32,873 bases of DNA from positions 1 through 32,873 of the forward strand of contig JAYZEG010000080.1 of NCBI GenBank assembly GCA_036337435.1. The letters are read 5' to 3'. Made by a program: the position numbers and the translations under genes. Position 1 is the stretch's first letter, and each line of letters begins with the position of its first letter. The stretch comes from Myxococcota bacterium (GTDB lineage: Bacteria; Myxococcota_A; Bradymonadia; UBA7976; UBA1532). Positions 27,083-32,873 of the stretch are shown in pieces. Below the pieces are notes generated by a model. The model was not told the DNA's origin. It saw only the letters and a program-made list of their open reading frames with translations, and did no database searches.

Positions 27083-28531
27083 TCAGCCACCGGCACGAGC
27101 CGTCTTACGTCGCCGACCCTGACTCGAGCTGCCTAGAGTTGCGATGAACCATTGTGTCCCTGTAAAAAATACGGTCGCAAAGGCCATCACAAGTGCCACC
27201 TTCAGTGCGGCCGGCCCAATGATGGCGAGGACCATCAACAAAAGTGCATAGAAGTCTCGGTGAGCAACAAATTCGAGCTTGGCCATCACGCGCGTAAACA
27301 GGCCTGCATCGGCATTATTGAGTCCAAAGTCCAGTGCCAGGTGTGTTCCGCTTCCCGACGTCAGAAGCTTACGATACAAAATTGCAGCGACGCCCCAACC
27401 GAGTATGAAGGTGGCGACGCCAATCTGAAGCCACAGAGAGTTCCCTGTGATTTGGAAAAGCGCGTAACCCACAGAGACCTGATAACAGAGATTAATGACA
27501 TCGTCGGAAACCGTGTCATACCATTCCCCAGAGTCGCTGTGCTTGAACTTAAGGCGAGCAATTTCTCCGTCACATCCATCGAGCATGGATGACAGCTGAT
27601 ATAAGACGCCACCGAGGGCCAGAAGCCATAGAGACGATGCGGTGGTCATGGCGGTCACAACCGATGCAGCGAGGCCCACCAACAAGCCCACAGTGGTCAT
27701 GTGGTTTGGCGTAACGGCCGTATTCATCAGCATCCTTGTTACAAGTTTGCTGAAGCGCCGATTGATGTTCTTGCTCACGATGCCGTCTATGGGCTTGGTC
27801 AGTGAAGCAAAGAGCAGCTTGTGAGCGTGTTTAATGGTTTCTGGCGTATCAACATCTTGCCACCACGCTGGACCCACATCAGCAGTTCGTGCATGCCCGC
27901 GGGCTGCAAGTTGTTGTACACCATTGCTCAATGACGCATCGCCGTGGATATCATAATGCGCAACCAACTCTCTGAACAGATTTTGGCTGCATCGGAAAAC
28001 GCCCGTATCGACGGCGTCGAAATCGTTGATCTCCTTGCCAATTTCATCGATACGTCCATCGGCTGAGGTCTTTACCTTGGTGGCGTCATCCATGTCGAAA
28101 ATCGTATCAAGCTTTTTGTCGACGGCCAAAACCAGGCCTTCGCCTGCTGGTGTGTTTTGGAGCGTTCGATAAATCGACGGATCCACGATGTGGTCAGACA
28201 TCATCAAGAAAAACTCACCTTGGACATGCGGTTGGGCTTGCAGAACGCTCACACCGTTACTTAAGTCATAGCGCTCGTTCTCAACAAAGATGAGCTCTAG
28301 CCCGTCATAATCGTTGTCATTCTCGAGAGCTGCCTTCACGCGGTCGCCATCACAGCCAACAACAATGACGAACTTTTCTACACCTTCTCGTTTCGCAGTT
28401 AGAATCGCTCGCTTTATCAGCGTGATCCCGCCAACAGGCACAAGTGGCTTTGGCAAAGTCAGTCCATCTCGACGAATTCGAGTGCCTTTACCTGCTGCTA
28501 AAATGACTGCTTGATCGATATTTGTTTTCAT
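27083..28531 (-). CDS. Bifunctional NTP-transferase / CDP-alcohol phosphotransferase (IPCT/DIPPS-like)
   Basis: N-terminal AVILAAGKGTR..PKPL, NGVS, MSDH, DTG, WQDVDTPE. C-terminal TPNHMT and DGCDGEIARLK..SDSGEWYDTVSD motif with multiple TM helices. Confidence 0.9.
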   Translation of the reverse strand: MKTNIDQAVILAAGKGTRIRRDGLTLPKPLVPVGGITLIKRAILTAKREGVEKFVIVVGCDGDRVKAALENDNDYDGLELIFVENERYDLSNGVSVLQAQPHVQGEFFLMMSDHIVDPSIYRTLQNTPAGEGLVLAVDKKLDTIFDMDDATKVKTSADGRIDEIGKEINDFDAVDTGVFRCSQNLFRELVAHYDIHGDASLSNGVQQLAARGHARTADVGPAWWQDVDTPETIKHAHKLLFASLTKPIDGIVSKNINRRFSKLVTRMLMNTAVTPNHMTTVGLLVGLAASVVTAMTTASSLWLLALGGVLYQLSSMLDGCDGEIARLKFKHSDSGEWYDTVSDDVINLCYQVSVGYALFQITGNSLWLQIGVATFILGWGVAAILYRKLLTSGSGTHLALDFGLNNADAGLFTRVMAKLEFVAHRDFYALLLMVLAIIGPAALKVALVMAFATVFFTGTQWFIATLGSSSQGRRRKTARAGG

Positions 28532-28747
28532 TATTCCAGCCTTTTCATGGCGACAGATGTCCCGAGTGGAGTGTAAATGCTCCAGCTTGTGACAGCAGAC
28601 GTGGAGTACGCGTCATCCAAAGCGCGCTCTATTACGTCGATTTCGCCGCCGAGTCCAGTCAAACCGTATTTCTCGCCCTGTGGTCTAGCAAATGCCGTGC
28701 CTACTTGAGAATTTTATAACTCTGGCCGGCGTTCGCCTGATTCGGGT

Positions 28748-31345
28748 TTATTTGGGCTCTACTGTGAGAGCCAACGCTGTGCGGAGTTTGTGGTAGGGCT
28801 GTGAGGTAGAATACCTGACAAGGTCTACGATTCTGTCTTGCACTGTGGCCGAGCCGATGGGCGTTCGATCTCGTCGAATTGTATTCACGGCGGCATCTAG
28901 ATCATCGGCGATAGCAAAGGCCAGCCGAGTGATCATCTGATCGACCGAATCCAACCATGCAGCAATGCCATAGTCGCGATGACGCTTCAGAATTGACATG
29001 GGTTCAATGAATGCTTGCCTGTCTGATTCGGAAACCGATTCAAGGAGGGTGAGCAATTCAGGCATGGCCTGTGGCTGCGGCCGGTCGGGTTCTAACCATT
29101 GATGGACAGTCGCAATCAGTTTCGTCAAGCGTGCTGTGGAGCGTGCCGCATCCCGATCAAGTGTGGCCAGGTAGTAGGCCGGTTGAAGTAAGATGAAAGC
29201 CCGAGTTGCAGAAATAATCTGCTCTGACCGGCTGAGCTTGGATAGGTCGGCGGACGCAACCAATATGGGTTGAGCCAAGTGTCCAATGGCGACGCCTTCT
29301 ACTCGATTCGATAATCGAACTTCTGGTGTTGGACGACCGAGAATAGCGGCCACAAGTGCCACCAATCTTTGTACGTGTTTCAATCCGTCTTTTTGGTGAT
29401 TGGACACGCCAACGGCACGTTCTGTACGTGACACGTAGTCCAAGAGAGCAGGGGTCAGAAATTTAAGGATTTGTCCGACCTCAGCATTTTGGATTGTGGC
29501 TTCGAGCTGTTGCCAGGTGTCCGCCTTCATCGGTCTAACTTGCCGTCCTTTGGTATTGTCCCGAACACTTTGGTAGAGCGCGATTTCGTCGTCGCTCGCG
29601 TGACCCAGAAGTTTCAAAACGCGGCATACGCAGTAAGCCTGGTCCAGTTTATGACTGGTTGAATACAGCGTAACGAGTGCATGAAGGCACTCTGCATCGC
29701 CCGGGTCGCTCTCGATGAGGGACAGCAGTGTCTTTTCTGCCGCATCCAATTTACCCGTCTTTGCCTCGAGCTCTGCGACAATCTTGAAGAGCGAGCGATC
29801 GGTATCTCCGTGGGTGAGTGCCACTTCGTAAGCACTCAATGCTGCTTCGTAATTGTTAAGCTGGCGTCGATTCAAATCCCCAAGTTGTCTCGCGATCAAT
29901 GTGATGAGGTCGGAATCTAACTGATTGTCCACTGACCGAACCAGCATCTTCCGATAGTAGCGGTCTCTCCGTTCATGATTACCCTCTGCAGAGAGTAGTT
30001 CATCAATCGCGTGGAATGCGCGCACGAATTTAGGATCGAATTCCAGTGCCTGATCGAACGAGCGTGCAGCGGATTGACTGTCTTCCAGTTTGTCCCGCTC
30101 GATGACACCGATGGCGTAATAATACTGCGCGCGCCGTTCGAGATCTGTCTCTACAACCGTGAGTTTTTTCAAAACTTTGATGCTGGAGGTCCACTGCCGT
30201 GTGTTTCGGAATGCATCCATCAGTTCGATGAGGACGGCCTTATTGTTTGGCTGATAGACCAAAGCGGCAAGCCATGCATCTATGGCGTCATGCAGTTTGT
30301 CCTTTTGCTGACACATGGCTCCTTTTTCGAGAAATAAGTCGTAGCGGTGCTCATCATCTTCGATATGCTTCAGATCCGTATCGATGCGCTCGATGAGCGC
30401 GTCCAGATCTCCTGCGTCTCTCAGCAACGTTCGATAGGCGGCAGCCAGTGTCGGGTGCCAAGCTCCTGTGCTTAACGCATCAGCATAGTGTCGCCGGGCT
30501 TGCTTCGAATCGCCGAGAAAAGTGGCATACAGCTCGGCAAGCCGTTGATGTTTTTCGGCCTCGCTCGCAAAACCACCCGAAGCCCAGTCTGTCAGATGTT
30601 CATACGCTGTTGCCAGATGTTGCCAACAGTGGCTTTCCTTTGCATACGATTCCAATTTGTCGCGCAGGTCGCCTGATGGTGCTTCGAGATACAGTTGGGC
30701 CACCAGCTTGAGTGCGTCCTCAGTCCGATTGAGTTCGGTGCTGAACAGGTGGGCCAGGTTTAGGATGAGCGGCCCCCGCTCGCTTACGGAACAAACTTTG
30801 AGTTTGAGCTGAATTAATTGGGCAAGATTGTCCCAATCCTCGGTGGTCTCATAATAGGCAAAAAGCGTGTCAGCTGCTTGGTGATCATTCGGATCGGTTT
30901 CAAGAATTGCTCGCCGATGGAATACTTCTGCTGGCAAGTCATTTAGCCGTGCGTACCAATCGGCCAGACGTCTGTGAAATGCCAGTGGAGCTGAACTCTC
31001 TTCTACCAAGGCTTCGTAGGTATTGAGAATCTCTGGCCATTGAGCCAACTTGTCGGCCAAGTCCGCCAAGGGATCGCCCAGTAAAGCATCATCCTGACAT
31101 TCACGAAGGCCTTCCAACAAGACAAGAAAAGCCTTGTCCGGCGCATCGAGGTGAACGTCCATGACCTCTGCCAATCGCCGATACAAATGCACCCGAGAGC
31201 CTGTGTTGTGTTCAAGTCGATCCAGCAAAAGCTGCGACAGATCTGCCCACCTCTCTTTTTTGCTTAGAACTTTTGCGAGGGCTTCGGCGACATCGTCATT
31301 GGTTGGGTCGCTGGCCAGGAGATCTTTAAGTACGTCTTCGTCCAT
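28748..31345 (-). CDS. Large tetratricopeptide-repeat protein
   Basis: Repeated helical TPR-like units (AIDAWLAALVYQPNN, AARSFDQALEFDPKF, LIESDPGDAECLHAL). Start ATG 31345 or GTG 31372. Confidence 0.85.
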   Translation of the reverse strand: MDEDVLKDLLASDPTNDDVAEALAKVLSKKERWADLSQLLLDRLEHNTGSRVHLYRRLAEVMDVHLDAPDKAFLVLLEGLRECQDDALLGDPLADLADKLAQWPEILNTYEALVEESSAPLAFHRRLADWYARLNDLPAEVFHRRAILETDPNDHQAADTLFAYYETTEDWDNLAQLIQLKLKVCSVSERGPLILNLAHLFSTELNRTEDALKLVAQLYLEAPSGDLRDKLESYAKESHCWQHLATAYEHLTDWASGGFASEAEKHQRLAELYATFLGDSKQARRHYADALSTGAWHPTLAAAYRTLLRDAGDLDALIERIDTDLKHIEDDEHRYDLFLEKGAMCQQKDKLHDAIDAWLAALVYQPNNKAVLIELMDAFRNTRQWTSSIKVLKKLTVVETDLERRAQYYYAIGVIERDKLEDSQSAARSFDQALEFDPKFVRAFHAIDELLSAEGNHERRDRYYRKMLVRSVDNQLDSDLITLIARQLGDLNRRQLNNYEAALSAYEVALTHGDTDRSLFKIVAELEAKTGKLDAAEKTLLSLIESDPGDAECLHALVTLYSTSHKLDQAYCVCRVLKLLGHASDDEIALYQSVRDNTKGRQVRPMKADTWQQLEATIQNAEVGQILKFLTPALLDYVSRTERAVGVSNHQKDGLKHVQRLVALVAAILGRPTPEVRLSNRVEGVAIGHLAQPILVASADLSKLSRSEQIISATRAFILLQPAYYLATLDRDAARSTARLTKLIATVHQWLEPDRPQPQAMPELLTLLESVSESDRQAFIEPMSILKRHRDYGIAAWLDSVDQMITRLAFAIADDLDAAVNTIRRDRTPIGSATVQDRIVDLVRYSTSQPYHKLRTALALTVEPK

Positions 31346-31510
31346 AGGAATTCGTTCAACTATTTTCACCAAAGTCCATGTCGCTCGACGAGTATTTCCA
31401 ATTCACGTTCAGAAAACAATCGGATTACACGAAATCGCAATCAAGCAGGCATTGCTCTAGCGCTTGTCGCGTTTGCCCAGTCGAGCATGCTCGTTATTTC
31501 ACGTGGTTTG

Positions 31511-31526
31511 GGCACTCGGCATGCCA
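31511..31526 (-). promoter_or_regulatory. Possible sigma54 promoter facing the TPR gene
   Basis: Minus strand TGGCATGCCGAGTGCC has GG-N10-GC spacing, about 140-165 nt upstream of the TPR gene start. Confidence 0.35.
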
Positions 31527-31586
31527 CCTTTTCCTGGCGGCCTAGTTTAGCCCGGCAGCTTAAAAACAAGCCGATGACACGCCCTT

Positions 31587-31994
31587 TTACTGGTCGCCTT
31601 CGATGCGGGGTCTAATGGCATCGTTTGCATCCAATTCCTCAAATCGGAGGCCCAGGTCGATACTCGAGTCCATCATTTCATTGCTGGTGCTGTCTTGTGG
31701 CCAGGCAGCATTGTAAATGAAACCGAGTGCTTGCTGGGAGAGTTCACTTTTTGTACTACAAATGACTGCGCCCGCCAGTCCATAGCGATGCGCCGTGGGC
31801 TCGGGGCATTCATCGGCCTCTGGAAGATCCGCTTCGACGAAAACACAATGAATCTCTCCGTCCGTAAATACGCGTATGCCCAAACCACAGTCCACACGAC
31901 CTGATGCCAGCCCGTCTGAGCGAGAACATCCCGACGATATCCAAAAGAGCGGTATGGTCGCCAATAGGACCAGCCAATTTGTAGAGCACTTCAT
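31587..31994 (-). CDS. Hypothetical Cys-containing lipoprotein
   Basis: MKCSTNWLVLLATIPLFWISSG-C lipobox-like signal, four further Cys and an acidic tail. The ORF track extends the start to 32096. Confidence 0.6.
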   Translation of the reverse strand: MKCSTNWLVLLATIPLFWISSGCSRSDGLASGRVDCGLGIRVFTDGEIHCVFVEADLPEADECPEPTAHRYGLAGAVICSTKSELSQQALGFIYNAAWPQDSTSNEMMDSSIDLGLRFEELDANDAIRPRIEGDQ

Positions 31995-32255
31995 GACCCA
32001 CATCTTCTTCGTTTTAGACAAAAAACGCCACCAAAAGTCTGTTGGAAATTCGTCTATCAAGAATTTGAGCCAGTGGGATGCGGGGGGGATTGTCATGACT
32101 TTGAGGTGTTCTATCCAACCAAGTAGCTGGCCTGAACGACATGGGCTGCTGGCGTCTCATCAAACTTAAATCGGCAAAATTGCAGTGCGCGCTAGACATC
32201 GCTGGCACAGCCGGACTAGGCTAGATGAGTTGTTTCCAAAGAAGGCACAGGCAAT

Positions 32256-32873
32256 ATGCTTTTCGGTATCCGAAGAAATCGAAAAAATAAGGATACGCAG
32301 TCCATTGGAGAAGATCCTTTATTCGATGGATCACTGACCGGGTCTGATGAATTCAGGCGCGATTGGTCCGAGCTTGACTTGTTTGCTGACTTAACGAGCC
32401 AAGAAATCGAAGCACTCAAAGAGGCTCTTGAGCCGGTAAATTTTGTATCCGGCCAAGTCATCATGAGTGAAGGAGAGACGGGCAACGATATGTTTCTCCT
32501 CGACAGAGGCCAAGTGCGTATCGAAGCGCGCGGAACTGAATCTAAAGAACACTTTTCGACCGTTTTACACGCACCGACCGCCCTGGGAGAGATGGCATTG
32601 ATCACCAGTGAGCCGCGGACTGCGTCGGTGTGGGCGCATACCGACGTCGAGTGTCTTCGACTTAATCGGACGTCATTTGATGAGTTGATCAAGGAGAATG
32701 TCGCCGTTGCTCGAATCCTCACCCGTTTAGTTGGTGACCGATTACAGGAGATCGGTGGTATACAGAAGGTTGGTAAATATCAGATTATCGGCGTTCTTGG
32801 AAAAGGTAATGTAGCCCATGTTTTCGAAGCGTTACATCCCGAATTAGGGCAGTCTGTTGCTCTCAAAATGCTC
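32256..32873 (+). CDS. Cyclic-nucleotide-binding domain fused to a Ser/Thr (Hanks-type) protein kinase, 3'-truncated and absent from the ORF track
   Basis: Own translation from ATG 32256: LFADL..GQVIMSEGETGNDMFLLDRGQVRI..LGEMALITSEPRTASV (cNMP domain), then GKYQIIGVLGKGNVAHVFEALHPELGQSVALKML (kinase subdomains I-II). Open to the window end. Confidence 0.9.
   Translation, partial: MLFGIRRNRKNKDTQSIGEDPLFDGSLTGSDEFRRDWSELDLFADLTSQEIEALKEALEPVNFVSGQVIMSEGETGNDMFLLDRGQVRIEARGTESKEHFSTVLHAPTALGEMALITSEPRTASVWAHTDVECLRLNRTSFDELIKENVAVARILTRLVGDRLQEIGGIQKVGKYQIIGVLGKGNVAHVFEALHPELGQSVALKML

Noticed and set aside
4143..31460. Numerous short alternative-frame and antisense ORFs inside the long genes
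   Set aside because: They show no recognisable motifs and are the expected shadows of long coding regions at this GC content.
32216..32722. 168-aa minus-strand ORF in the track
   Set aside because: It is the antisense shadow of the plus-strand cNMP-kinase gene, which has clear motifs.

Overview
Chromosomal window of about 54% GC (estimated by eye), most likely from a Myxococcota/deltaproteobacterial organism. The host inference rests on a MYXO-CTERM-type surface protein, a long TPR protein, a cNMP-kinase fusion, a FadL-type outer-membrane barrel and sigma54-type promoters. Housekeeping genes (grpE, tyrS, apaH, ung) are interspersed with several notable loci. (1) A ~3000-aa single-chain type I fatty acid synthase (AT-ER-DH-MPT-ACP-KR-KS) translationally coupled to acpS. 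This is the mycobacterial fas-acpS layout in a Gram-negative host, and its motifs look like a mosaic of CMN-bacterial and fungal FAS. (2) A coupled two-gene module: a winged-helix (DUF7226-like) domain fused to an AAA_21/MAD3-like ABC ATPase with degenerate catalytic residues, plus a MAD4/TOPRIM-like partner. It is a candidate stand-alone defence or DNA-processing system. (3) A 2078-aa surface protein with 28 Cys/Asp-rich repeats. (4) An ECF sigma factor with no adjacent anti-sigma gene, behind an apparent palindromic enhancer, IHF site and sigma54 promoter. (5) A bifunctional IPCT/DIPPS-like enzyme. No rRNA, tRNA, CRISPR array or mobile element was recognised. Family assignments come from motif recognition and recalled reference sequences, not from database searches.
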